Shown: positions 51,757 through 60,653 of the stretch, in pieces
How the letters are laid out: each line of letters opens with the position of its first letter
How positions within the stretch are numbered: the first letter of the stretch is position 1
Assembly (NCBI RefSeq): GCF_945649885.1
Contig: NZ_CALZFS010000001.1
Location: forward strand, 2,030 to 66,029
Direction: 5' to 3'
Length of the DNA: 64,000 nt
Source of the DNA: an uncultured Corynebacterium sp.
GTDB lineage: Bacteria > Actinomycetota > Actinomycetes > Mycobacteriales > Mycobacteriaceae
Notes under the pieces: model-generated
The model's database searches: none
Told to the model about the DNA's origin: nothing
Seen by the model: the letters and a program-made list of their open reading frames with translations, nothing else
Made by a program: the position numbers and the translations under genes

Positions 51757-52800
51757 ATGAAGGCATTCGGATTTTTGAGTTTCGGGCATTATCAGATCGG
51801 CCAGGAGCGCAGCATGCTCCAGCAGGCCCTCGAATTAGCCAAGGAAGCAGATGCCCTCGGTGTTAACGGCGCCTACTTCCGCGTTCACCACTTCGCTCCT
51901 CAAGGTGCGTCCCCCATGCCGTTGCTCGGCGCGATCATCGGTGCCACCAAAAATATTGAGGTGGGTACCGGCGTGATTGACATGCGCTATGAAAACCCCC
52001 TCTACCTGGCCGAGGAAGCAGCCGCACTGAACCTGCTTGCCGACGGCAGGGTCGCACTCGGTGTTTCACGTGGATCACCGGAACCTGCCGATAAGGGTTG
52101 GGAGTCCTTCGGTTATGAGACCGGGGAAGACCCCAAGGGCGCAGGCATGGCGCGTGAGAAGTTCCAGCGTTTCATGGCTGCCGTGGATGGTTATGGCATG
52201 GCTGTTGCCGCCGAGGATCAGTACCCACGTCTCTACCGCCCGGGCACCCCACTGCCGATCTTCCCACACGATACGGAGCTGCGTAAATCAATCTGGTGGG
52301 GCGCAGGTTCCCACAACACCGCCATCCAGGCTGCCAAGGATGGGGTGAACCTGATGAGCTCCACCCTCGTCTCAGAGGCCACCGGCCAATCACTGAGTGA
52401 GTTGCAGTTTGACCAGATCCAGAACTACCGCGCAGCCTGGAAGGACGCCGGGCACGACTGGACCCCACGGGTATCGGTATCCCGATCGATCTTCCCGATT
52501 GTCACCGACCGCGACCGCGAGCTCTTCGGCCTCCAGGGCCAGGGCGAGGATCAGATCGGCATCATCGATGACACCCGCACCACCTTCGGGCGCTCCTATG
52601 CCGGATCCCCGGATGAGCTCATCGATCAGCTCAAGCAGGATAAGGCCGTCATGGATGCCGACACCCTCATGCTCACCGTCCCGAACCAGATGGGCGTGGA
52701 GCTCAACGCCTCCATCCTCCGCAACTTCGCCGAACATGTCGCACCGGCACTGGGATGGGAGCCCAACACCAACGGACCAGTGACCGGGTATGAGTTCTAG
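51757..52800 (+). CDS. LLM-class (luciferase-like) flavin-dependent oxidoreductase
   Basis: MKAFGFLSFGHY..., FRVHHF, TIM-barrel LLM pattern. GGAAAGG lies 8 nt upstream of ATG 51757. Confidence 0.75.
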   Translation: MKAFGFLSFGHYQIGQERSMLQQALELAKEADALGVNGAYFRVHHFAPQGASPMPLLGAIIGATKNIEVGTGVIDMRYENPLYLAEEAAALNLLADGRVALGVSRGSPEPADKGWESFGYETGEDPKGAGMAREKFQRFMAAVDGYGMAVAAEDQYPRLYRPGTPLPIFPHDTELRKSIWWGAGSHNTAIQAAKDGVNLMSSTLVSEATGQSLSELQFDQIQNYRAAWKDAGHDWTPRVSVSRSIFPIVTDRDRELFGLQGQGEDQIGIIDDTRTTFGRSYAGSPDELIDQLKQDKAVMDADTLMLTVPNQMGVELNASILRNFAEHVAPALGWEPNTNGPVTGYEF

Positions 52801-53068
52801 GTAATCGGACCTCGGTAGACTCCACCCGGATCCACGGGCCCCGTGGGAAGACCAACGGGAAAATTCAGCACTTCCACGAAAAACTCTCGCGAGGCCCACC
52901 CTGGAAGTCACCTGCAGAACATATCGGCCCCTGGGTTTGTTTTTGATGACTGGATACCCCGGCCGGGCGCGATTTAAGCTTCGAACTCTATTTGCCAGAC
53001 GTAGACCAGGAGATCAGTGGTGCTGGCAGGTGATGGCGGCGGAAACTGGGCCACCATCACCGCCCCGC

Positions 53069-53182
53069 CTATCGGCGTCTCATCTCGCGGATGAAGATCC
53101 AAATCACCCAGAGCCCACCAGTGAGGATCAGCAGTAGGAAATCGACGAGGAAGTTGCCGAATCCATAGGAACGATTAGACAT
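53069..53182 (-). CDS. unannotated 37-aa small membrane protein
   Basis: GAAAGGAC lies 6 nt upstream of the ATG. Product MSNRSYGFGNFLVDFLLLILTGGLWVIWIFIREMRRR has one TM helix and a basic tail. Below the ORF-track size cut-off. Confidence 0.5.
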   Translation of the reverse strand: MSNRSYGFGNFLVDFLLLILTGGLWVIWIFIREMRRR

Positions 53183-53312
53183 GAGTTGTCCTTTCACATT
53201 GAGGGGAATGGCCACATAGTGGGCCTAGAATGAGCGCCACTCAACCGATGATCGGAGAGGTGGCTGCTCATTAGAGGACGTGTTTTTTTCTGCGAATCCC
53301 CACAATGATCAA

Positions 53313-53346
53313 AACGAGGGACATTGCATGAGCAATGTCCCTCGTT
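53313..53346 (-). terminator. Rho-independent terminator downstream of the DUF4230-like gene
   Basis: Perfect 15-bp stem AACGAGGGACATTGC/GCAATGTCCCTCGTT with a 4-nt loop. TTTGATCATT follows on the minus strand. Confidence 0.7.
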
Positions 53347-53496
53347 AGTCCGCATCTGCTGATTAAGGATTTTGAGATTGGTGGTCAATCTCGTTGCCGC
53401 ACTCACGTGTCGAAGCCCTTAGGATCCTCCAAGGCTGAGGTTCCATCGAGCCGGTAACTCGAATCGGGTGCATCTCGTCATTGAGCGCAGTTCCAA

Positions 53497-53528
53497 AAGC
53501 CTTAGTTACTGAAAGCTTTAGTTACTGA
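53497..53528. repeat. 16-bp tandem duplication spanning the stop codon of the DUF4230-like gene
   Basis: AAGCCTTAGTTACTGA followed directly by AAGCTTTAGTTACTGA, 15 of 16 identical. The second copy encodes the last three codons (FSN) plus the stop. Confidence 0.8.
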
Positions 53529-54126
53529 ACTGAAAATCCAGTTTCACATTCGGATCGATAGCGGTGATGATCCCGGTATAGAAAGCTATCGCTTGTTCTT
53601 CGAGCAGGTCGCGGTTAGCGTTGATCTCTTCAGTTTTAGCTTCCGCATCCAGGATCTTCGTAATCGTTTTTGCAGGATCAATGTCGGTGGTCGCGAAACT
53701 CAACGCCCCGTTCTTCTCCATGACAGTTTCAAACTTTTCATCAGAGTGGCCGATAAAGATGAACTCAGGAATATGGATGATAAACCGATCTGCGCCATCA
53801 GCTTCTACCGAAACATCTTCGCCTTCGATTCCCAACTTCGCCCGATAACTGTACTGCAGAAACTGTGTGCGGGAGGTGCCTGGAACTGTCCACTCCCAAA
53901 TTGTGCCCTCGACCCGTTCAGTACTGATCCCCTGGACGCTGGCACTCATCAGCACAATCTGTTCCTGCTTCTCGATTGCCGTGATGATCCGCGAGTCACT
54001 GGAAGTTGTTTCAATCTCAACCGGTGAAGCGAACGGTTTGGCGAGGTAGATCGTGGCACCTGCCGAGATCAGCACCGCCAAGAAAACAGCCAAGACACTC
54101 CACAGCACTCTCCTGAGCACCTTCAT
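53518..54126 (-). CDS. DUF4230-like membrane-anchored protein
   Basis: Start at ATG 54126 (MKVLRRVLWSVLAVFLAVL is a TM anchor). About 45% GC in two sampled 60-nt lines, against roughly 58% judged by eye elsewhere in the window. The family call rests on overall pattern only. Confidence 0.5.
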   Translation of the reverse strand: MKVLRRVLWSVLAVFLAVLISAGATIYLAKPFASPVEIETTSSDSRIITAIEKQEQIVLMSASVQGISTERVEGTIWEWTVPGTSRTQFLQYSYRAKLGIEGEDVSVEADGADRFIIHIPEFIFIGHSDEKFETVMEKNGALSFATTDIDPAKTITKILDAEAKTEEINANRDLLEEQAIAFYTGIITAIDPNVKLDFQFSN

Positions 54127-54281
54127 ACTCAAACTCCCTTTAAGAAATTCCCAAACTATTCCCAGCCAACACAGCAAACTCTAACATATTAAGTTTGCTA
54201 AGTTTATGTAACCTTCGCCACTCAGCCACCTGACCGGCAGTTATGTCCTCCTGGTTGCGGAGACGCTTCTTACATTCAATT

Positions 54282-54290
54282 TGCTATAAT
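54282..54290 (+). promoter_or_regulatory. extended -10 promoter candidate TGcTATAAT
   Basis: Perfect TATAAT with an upstream TG, about 195 nt upstream of the globin-FNR gene. Confidence 0.4.
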
Positions 54291-54485
54291 CAACATTCGT
54301 AGAAGCACTTCAGTGCAGCTCAGGTGTGACCCAATCAGACTCCGATGAAGCGAGCTAGAAAACTAGATCTCCTTCCCTATCTTCTGCATCAATCTGATGT
54401 TGCACTCCTCATAGAAAATCTTTCCAGACCCCGGTAGTTACCGGAGGCGTGCCTTTACGCCACCTCAACAGCAAAAAAGTGCACA

Positions 54486-55712
54486 ATGGAGAACGTGACA
54501 CCCCGACCCATGCGCCCAGTTACCTCCCTCATTGAGGACAACCCGGACGTGTTCCTCCGCACGCTGATAACCAGGTTGTTCAGTCTTGATCCACTCGCAT
54601 CCGCATATATCCCGCATGTTGATGACAAGACCCACATCAGCATGGCGGAATCATTGGCAGCGTTGCTTGATGGAGTGGGCCCTGAGGGCGCGGTGGGGGC
54701 AGATACCTTGGAGTATTTCCGCACCCTCGCCCGGGATTATCGTCGTTTCGGTTTCACCCCTGCTGCTTTCACCACCCTCGGGGAGGCCACCAACCTGGCA
54801 CTCCGCGAGGTGTGCCAGGATCTCCCCTTCGAAACTGAACTCTTCGCGGAACGTGCCGTCACCGCGGTGACCCGGGATATGGCCCGCGCGGCACAGGAAT
54901 CCATCGACACCGGTGAGCCCGCCTCCATCCCCGCCACGGTGGTGGAGGTGGAAAAACGCAGCCGGCGCTTTTTTGTGGTTCGCCTCCAGGCAGAGGCCGA
55001 GCTTGCCTATTCCCCCGGCCAGTATATGCCGGTCACCACTGATTACCTGCAGAATGCCTGGCGTTTCCTCTGCCCCTCCATCCCCACCAACCAGTGGGGT
55101 CAGGTGGAGTTCCACATCCAGGTCAATGATGAGGACAATGCGCTCCGCCTGCTGGCTAACTCGAGGCCTGGCGATGTGTGGTCGATCGGCACCGGGCAGG
55201 GCGAATTCGGCCAGCGCCTCTTCGGGCGCCCGACCTCAACGGAGCTTGTCGACGCCACCCCCAGCACCGCCCCTCCAGCCGAGAAGCCGAATGATTTGTT
55301 ATTCATCGCCTACGGCACCGGCCTCGCACCACTGCGCGCCATGATGTTTGAGCTGATGAGCCAGACCAATCCCCCACGGTTGCATTTCTTCGTCGGAGCG
55401 GAATACCCCGGGGAACTCTATGAACTGATGGGGCTGTGGAATTTCGCAGCGGCCTGCCCGTGGCTCTCGGTTGTCCCCGTCACCACAAACGAAGAGGATG
55501 CCTGGTGGGTGCAGGGCACCGAGGCTTCCAAACCCCCACGCGGTCTACATCTGACTCAGGTGGGGATGATGGCGGAGATCGTCACCAGCGTGGGGGCGTG
55601 GGCTGATCGTGATGTGCTCATCGCCGGACCGGAGCAGATGGCCAGGGATATCCGGCGAGCCCTGATCAGGCGCGGGACACCCCGCGACCGGATCGAACAC
55701 CTGCCGTTTTAA
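54486..55712 (+). CDS. flavohemoprotein-like protein (globin-like N-domain + FNR-type FAD/NAD-binding reductase)
   Basis: Helical N-terminal domain of about 140 aa, then an FNR-like module (AYSPGQY, GTGLAPLRAM, LIAGPEQM). 408 aa. Confidence 0.65.
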   Translation: MENVTPRPMRPVTSLIEDNPDVFLRTLITRLFSLDPLASAYIPHVDDKTHISMAESLAALLDGVGPEGAVGADTLEYFRTLARDYRRFGFTPAAFTTLGEATNLALREVCQDLPFETELFAERAVTAVTRDMARAAQESIDTGEPASIPATVVEVEKRSRRFFVVRLQAEAELAYSPGQYMPVTTDYLQNAWRFLCPSIPTNQWGQVEFHIQVNDEDNALRLLANSRPGDVWSIGTGQGEFGQRLFGRPTSTELVDATPSTAPPAEKPNDLLFIAYGTGLAPLRAMMFELMSQTNPPRLHFFVGAEYPGELYELMGLWNFAAACPWLSVVPVTTNEEDAWWVQGTEASKPPRGLHLTQVGMMAEIVTSVGAWADRDVLIAGPEQMARDIRRALIRRGTPRDRIEHLPF

Positions 55713-55725
55713 TGATCCTCCCGGA

Positions 55726-56517
55726 TTAGAGGACCGGGATGGATTCCCGGATCTTCTCCAGGCCTGAGAGATCCACATCCGCGATGATTGTCTCCGGTTC
55801 ATAACCGGCACCGGCGATAATCACACCTGTTGGATCAATCACGGCTGAATGACCGATCCCAGCGGGGCCTTTTCGTTCCTCGGTGGGACGGGCCTGATCG
55901 CACATGAGCACCCAGCTGGTGGAATCCAGGGCTCGCGCCTGGCTGAGCACCTGCAGCTGTTCACGTTTCCCCTCACCGTCCTGCCAGGAGGTGGGCACCA
56001 CGATGATCTGGGCCCCGGCGCGCGCCAGGTCCTGAAAATGCTGGGGGAAACGGAGGTCATAGCAGATCGCCACACCGATCTTCACGCCGTCAAGTTCAAA
56101 AAGATGTGATTCGGTTCCTGGCTTAACCGTGTCGGACTCCCGGTAGCCGAAGGCATCATAGGTATTGATCTTGCGATACCCCTCGTGCAGGCCGGCACCG
56201 GTGATCAGAGCGGTGTTATGGACCCGGTTGATGGTTTTGTCATCACGTTCCACGGTGTCTGCGGTGGTGAACATTCCGGCGACAATCACCACCCCAAGAT
56301 CCTCGGCGAGTTGTTTCACCGCGGTGGCGAATTCGCCGGAATCCAGGTCTTCTGCCTGCGGATCCAGACGCCCCGTACCAAACGCCTGGGAGGTGGCCTC
56401 CGGGAAGACAAGCAGCCGCGCCCCCTGCCGGGCGGCATCAGTTGCGGCTTCACGGACAAGTTCCAGGTTGGCTATCTTATCTGCACCGGATGTGATCTGT
56501 AGCAAAGCGATACGCAT
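55726..56517 (-). CDS. carbon-nitrogen hydrolase (nitrilase superfamily)
   Basis: Glu-Lys-Cys triad contexts VFPE, YRKINTYDAFGY, AICYDLRFP. Start trimmed to ATG 56517 (MRIALLQ). Confidence 0.85.
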   Translation of the reverse strand: MRIALLQITSGADKIANLELVREAATDAARQGARLLVFPEATSQAFGTGRLDPQAEDLDSGEFATAVKQLAEDLGVVIVAGMFTTADTVERDDKTINRVHNTALITGAGLHEGYRKINTYDAFGYRESDTVKPGTESHLFELDGVKIGVAICYDLRFPQHFQDLARAGAQIIVVPTSWQDGEGKREQLQVLSQARALDSTSWVLMCDQARPTEERKGPAGIGHSAVIDPTGVIIAGAGYEPETIIADVDLSGLEKIRESIPVL

Positions 56518-56607
56518 AATCCACAGCCTAGGCGGATGTCCAAAGTTATTCACAGGTTCCGCAACCCGATTCTTGTCATTTACTCCTTCCAGACCTGTAC
56601 TGGTGCC

Positions 56608-56874
56608 ATGTTCATGACACGAAACTTCCCCGAGCTGCTTGCAGGAACCACACCTGAGCTGGTGTTTCCGCCCCTGACCGCCCACGCTGGCACAAGCCGC
56701 ACGTTTTCAGCAGTGCTTAACGCTGACAGTGGGTGGCGGCGTCTGCTTGACGAAGACCACCACTCACTGATTACCCACCTTGCCTCCATGAAGAAGCTGG
56801 CAGAACACTTCTGCACCATCGACAGTTCCCTGTCTTCCACACTGTCCAGAGCTCTAGATGGTGGTGATCAGTGA
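56608..56874 (+). CDS. small hypothetical protein, translationally coupled to the downstream hydrolase
   Basis: Roughly 86-88 aa, starting at ATG 56608 or 56614. Its TGA overlaps the next gene's start (GTGATG). Confidence 0.45.
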   Translation: MFMTRNFPELLAGTTPELVFPPLTAHAGTSRTFSAVLNADSGWRRLLDEDHHSLITHLASMKKLAEHFCTIDSSLSSTLSRALDGGDQ

Positions 56875-58046
56875 TGGTGACCCTCCCGCTCCGGAGCACG
56901 GAACTGGAAGAACTTGGCTCCTTACTGATGAAGATCGCCGCCACCCTGGATGAGCAGGGTGTAGCACGGGCTGATGCCTGGAATGGTCTGCAGGGATTCA
57001 CCAATGCTGATTCTCTGCTGGCAGGCATCGGGCAGTTGCACCGCCATAATTCCTCACTGTTGCACACCGCACAGCGCATGGGTTCAGCAGCCCAGGTGTT
57101 GTTGAGTACAGCCGGGGCCGTCCGGGTTCTGGAATCCTCTCTCCACACTGTTGAACGCCTCACCGACTACTCCCCGGCCACCACGGCGTTTCTCACCCAC
57201 ATCGCCCGGATGGGGGAACTTCTAGATCTTGTCTGTGCAGCCCAGATCAACGCCATCTGTACCCCTGAGGCTCCCACTCCCCTCCAACGGCTGGGAGATT
57301 TTGATGATCTCCCAGCCACCTCCATCCACGAATTCAATCTCATGAATGCCCCACCTGATATCCAGAAATTTGCCGCCGATAATCCCGATGTCATGCTCCT
57401 GGAAGTTGGGGAGGGCAGTGGTGGCGATGGTCGTGCCTTCGTGGCGGCGATAGGTGATGTTGACAAGGCAGACGCTCTTGTCACCATGGTCGCTGGTGTT
57501 AGTTCCTCTGACCCCGCACACTGGCAGGGCAACATCGACAGAGCACGCACCCTGGGTCGGTCAAGTGGTGCTGCCACGGTCATGTGGCTGGGATATACCG
57601 CGCCACATAACATTCCGCTCGCGGTGTCCACACGGGCAGCGGAAAAAGGGGGACGTGAATTACAACAATTCCAGGAATCTCTGGCTGTTCGGAATCCACA
57701 GCAGCGCAAGGTCGTCGTCGGCTATAGCTACGGGTCCGTGGTGGTAGGCAAAGGTGCGCAGAAAAGTGCAGAAAATGCTGCAGAAGGTTTCGATGCAGTG
57801 GTGCTGGTGGGCAGCCCCGGTGCAGGCGTGACCCATGCGCGGGAACTCAATACCGAGGTCTATGCCGTCACGGGTACTGAGGACCCCATCGGGCTGGCTG
57901 CCACCCGTTTCGGCGGGATCCACGGCACAGATCCCACCTCCCCCTGGTTCGGATCCACCGTCTGGGACTCTGCTGCCAACCATTCCGGTTATTGGGAGGA
58001 TCCCGACTTCCTCCGGCAATTGACCACGGTGATCACAAAGGATTAA
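56871..58046 (+). CDS. DUF1023-type alpha/beta hydrolase with N-terminal helical W-x-G domain
   Basis: C-terminal hydrolase with nucleophile elbow VVGYSYGS. N-terminal ~110 aa are helical, with ADAWNGLQGF (WNG at 56978-56986). Start is GTG 56871 or ATG 56874. Confidence 0.65.
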   Translation: MMVTLPLRSTELEELGSLLMKIAATLDEQGVARADAWNGLQGFTNADSLLAGIGQLHRHNSSLLHTAQRMGSAAQVLLSTAGAVRVLESSLHTVERLTDYSPATTAFLTHIARMGELLDLVCAAQINAICTPEAPTPLQRLGDFDDLPATSIHEFNLMNAPPDIQKFAADNPDVMLLEVGEGSGGDGRAFVAAIGDVDKADALVTMVAGVSSSDPAHWQGNIDRARTLGRSSGAATVMWLGYTAPHNIPLAVSTRAAEKGGRELQQFQESLAVRNPQQRKVVVGYSYGSVVVGKGAQKSAENAAEGFDAVVLVGSPGAGVTHARELNTEVYAVTGTEDPIGLAATRFGGIHGTDPTSPWFGSTVWDSAANHSGYWEDPDFLRQLTTVITKD

Positions 58047-58059
58047 ACAGGCAATAAAG

Positions 58060-58112
58060 AGCACGAAACCGCAGCCCCCTCCCCCGCCTTCATAAGGGGG
58101 AAGGGACTGCGG
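58060..58112 (-). terminator. terminator hairpin downstream of ald (between convergent genes)
   Basis: On the minus strand: CCGCAGTCCCTTCCCCCT...GGGGGAGGGGGCTGCGG followed by TTTCGTGCTCTTTATTG. Confidence 0.6.
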
Positions 58113-58130
58113 TGTGGGGTGCTAAGCGGT

Positions 58131-59651
58131 TTAGAAGAGTCCGGTTGGGTTCGGATCGTAGGAGACCAGGAGGTTCTTGGTCTGTTGGTAGTGAGCCAGC
58201 ATCATCAGGTGGTTTTCACGACCGATGCCGGATTCCTTATAACCACCGAAGGCAGAGTGCGCCGGGTAGTTGTGGTACTGGTTCACCCAGACACGACCTG
58301 CCTGGATAGCGCGGCCGGCACGGTAAACGGTGTTCTGGTCACGGGTCCACACGCCGGCACCGAGTCCGTAGTTGGTGTCATTGGCGATGCGGACGGCCTC
58401 ATCGAAGTCGGAGAAGGTCGCGACAGAAAGGACAGGTCCGAAGATCTCCTCGCGGAAGATCCTCATGTCATTGGTGCCACGGAAAACGGTCGGCTCGATG
58501 TAGTAGCCGTTGTCCAGTCCCTCAACCTTGTTGATCTTGCCACCGGTGAGGGTTTCCGCACCCTCATCAGGGCCGATCTTCAGGTAGCTGGAGATCTTGT
58601 CCATCTGCTCCTGGGAGGCCTGAGCACCCATCATGGTTTCAGTATCCAGCGGGTTGCCCAGCTTGATGTTCTTGACGCGTTCCACGCCGAGCTCAAGGAA
58701 CTCATCCGCGATGGACTCATGGACAAGTGCGCGGGAAGGACAGGTACAGACCTCACCCTGGTTCAGGGCGAACATGGCAAAGCCTTCGACGGCCTTCTGG
58801 AGGAATGCATCGTCCTCAGACATCACGTCCTTGAAGAAGATGGATGGGGACTTGCCACCGAGCTCCAGTGTCACCGGGATTATCTTGTCGGAAGCAGCCT
58901 TGTTGATGATCTTGCCCACCTGGGTGGAACCGGTGAAGGCGATCTTGCCGATACGGTCAGAGCTGGACAGTGCGCTACCTGCATCCTCACCGAGACCATT
59001 GACGATGTTGAGCACACCATCTGGAAGGAGGTCTCCGATGATGTTCATCAGGTAGAGGATGGACGCCGGGGTCTGCTCTGCGGGCTTCATCACGATGGCA
59101 TTACCTGCGGCAAGTGCCGGGGCGATCTTCCAAGTAGCCATGAGGATGGGGAAGTTCCAGGGGATGATCTGGCCGACAACGCCGATGGGCTCATTGAAAT
59201 GGTAGGCAACGGTGTTGTGGTCGATCTGGGAGGAACGGTCCTCCTGTGCACGGATGGCACCGGCAAAATAACGGAAGTGGTCAATGGCCAATGGGATATC
59301 AGCGGCAAGCGTCTCACGGACAGCCTTGCCGTTCTCCCAGGTTTCCGCGACAGCGATCTCCTCGAGGTGCTCCTCCATACGGTCCGCAATACGGTGCAGG
59401 ATCAATGCGCGCTCAGCAACAGAAGTCTGGCCCCATGCAGGAGCTGCCGCGTGGGCCGCATCCAGGGCTGCTTCGATGTCAGCTGCAGTGGAACGCGCGA
59501 CCTCACAGAAAACCTCGCCGGTGACCGGCGTGATGTTCTCCATGTACTGGCCATCTACCGGTGGGACCCACTGTCCACCGATGTAGTTGTCATAGCGCTT
59601 CTCATAGTTGACAATCGAACCTTCGGTTCCCGGGTTTGCATAAACGGTCAT
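58131..59651 (-). CDS. ald: NAD-dependent aldehyde dehydrogenase
   Basis: ELGGKSP and catalytic Cys context [11 protein letters not shown]. 506 aa. Confidence 0.9.
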   Translation of the reverse strand: MTVYANPGTEGSIVNYEKRYDNYIGGQWVPPVDGQYMENITPVTGEVFCEVARSTAADIEAALDAAHAAAPAWGQTSVAERALILHRIADRMEEHLEEIAVAETWENGKAVRETLAADIPLAIDHFRYFAGAIRAQEDRSSQIDHNTVAYHFNEPIGVVGQIIPWNFPILMATWKIAPALAAGNAIVMKPAEQTPASILYLMNIIGDLLPDGVLNIVNGLGEDAGSALSSSDRIGKIAFTGSTQVGKIINKAASDKIIPVTLELGGKSPSIFFKDVMSEDDAFLQKAVEGFAMFALNQGEVCTCPSRALVHESIADEFLELGVERVKNIKLGNPLDTETMMGAQASQEQMDKISSYLKIGPDEGAETLTGGKINKVEGLDNGYYIEPTVFRGTNDMRIFREEIFGPVLSVATFSDFDEAVRIANDTNYGLGAGVWTRDQNTVYRAGRAIQAGRVWVNQYHNYPAHSAFGGYKESGIGRENHLMMLAHYQQTKNLLVSYDPNPTGLF

Positions 59652-59908
59652 GACATCTCCTTTTTCGGATGCGACCTGACTCCCACGTTGACTGCTTCCT
59701 CCAAGAAGGTACTACATACGTGCGCCAGGCAACATATACCAATAGCTGTGACTGCGGGCACATTACTTCGCCCTGTGTGCCACCCTATGCGGGATTAGCA
59801 GATGCGCGCCAGAGTTTTCAATTATTTCACCCCCTGACACTGATTTCATCCAGCAGAAACTCTCCCTCTCCAGTCACAGACCTACCCCCGATAATCCCTG
59901 TGTCAATG

Positions 59909-59920
59909 TTTGCAAAGATC
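59909..59920 (-). promoter_or_regulatory. RamB-like box candidate upstream of ald
   Basis: TTTGCAAAGATC on the + strand, which reads GATCTTTGCAAA on the gene strand. It carries the CTTTGCAAA core of the RamB motif. Confidence 0.35.
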
Positions 59921-59969
59921 CCCTCAAAGCAGTTTTCCATCACCATCCCCTCCGCCTTCCAAGCCCAGT

Positions 59970-60018
59970 GCAGAAAACATAAAGGTGGGCGGTGCACCAT
60001 AACAGTGCACCACCCACC
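59970..60018 (-). terminator. Rho-independent terminator of the dnaK-grpE-dnaJ-hspR operon
   Basis: On the minus strand: GGTGGGTGGTGCAC-TGTTATG-GTGCACCGCCCACC followed by TTTATGTTTTCTGC. Confidence 0.75.
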
Positions 60019-60072
60019 CTGCTCGGGTTTCCAGCAGGAAACGCCCGTCGCAGCGGGCTGACCACTAGAAAA

Positions 60073-60573
60073 TCAGGCCTGCCGGCCCCGGCCTTTACGG
60101 CGTTCCCACATCACCACGGCTGTGGAACGTGGAACATGAACAAGTTCGCCACGGGGCCTGCCGCCACCGCGACGTAGTTCCGCCTTGAGTTCGTCATTTT
60201 CCGCAGTTGTCTTCCGCAGCGATTCCCTGAGATCACGGTTTTGTTCACCCAGTTCAATGATCGCCTTGATGCCGGCCAGGTTGACGCCGTCCTCCTGGCT
60301 CAGACGTTGAATCTTGCGGAGAAGCTCTACGTCATCGCGGGTGTATCGGCGTCCGCCACCGCGGGTGCGTTGGGGTGTGACCAGCCCCATCCGGTCATAG
60401 GTCCGCAGGGTCTGGGCATGCATGCCCGCAAGCTCCGCGGCAACAGAGATAACGTAGACCTCCCCGGTGAACACTGAACGGTCAATTCCGTTGTCACGGC
60501 CCAGATGTTCATCCTGCATGCCCTCGCGTTGCGTGCCAGGGTTGTCCTCACGATTGTTCGGGGTAGTTGTCAT
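60073..60573 (-). CDS. hspR: heat-shock transcriptional repressor HspR (MerR family)
   Basis: MerR HTH ISVAAELAGMHAQTLRTYDRMGLV. Last gene of the dnaK operon. Start is ATG 60573, with GTG 60594 also possible. Confidence 0.9.
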   Translation of the reverse strand: MTTTPNNREDNPGTQREGMQDEHLGRDNGIDRSVFTGEVYVISVAAELAGMHAQTLRTYDRMGLVTPQRTRGGGRRYTRDDVELLRKIQRLSQEDGVNLAGIKAIIELGEQNRDLRESLRKTTAENDELKAELRRGGGRPRGELVHVPRSTAVVMWERRKGRGRQA

Positions 60574-60653
60574 TGCATTGTCACCTTCTTCCACTTCCCG
60601 GAGATTGCGGCCATTCCAGCCCGCAGGGCTGGTGAAACCACCAGCCCTGTGAG

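Noticed and set aside
53031-53064. Hairpin GGTGATGGCGGC...GCCACCATCACC as a terminator for the 37-aa ORF.
   Set aside because: It has one mismatch and no U-tract on either strand. It is noted as supporting context only and is not called as a feature.
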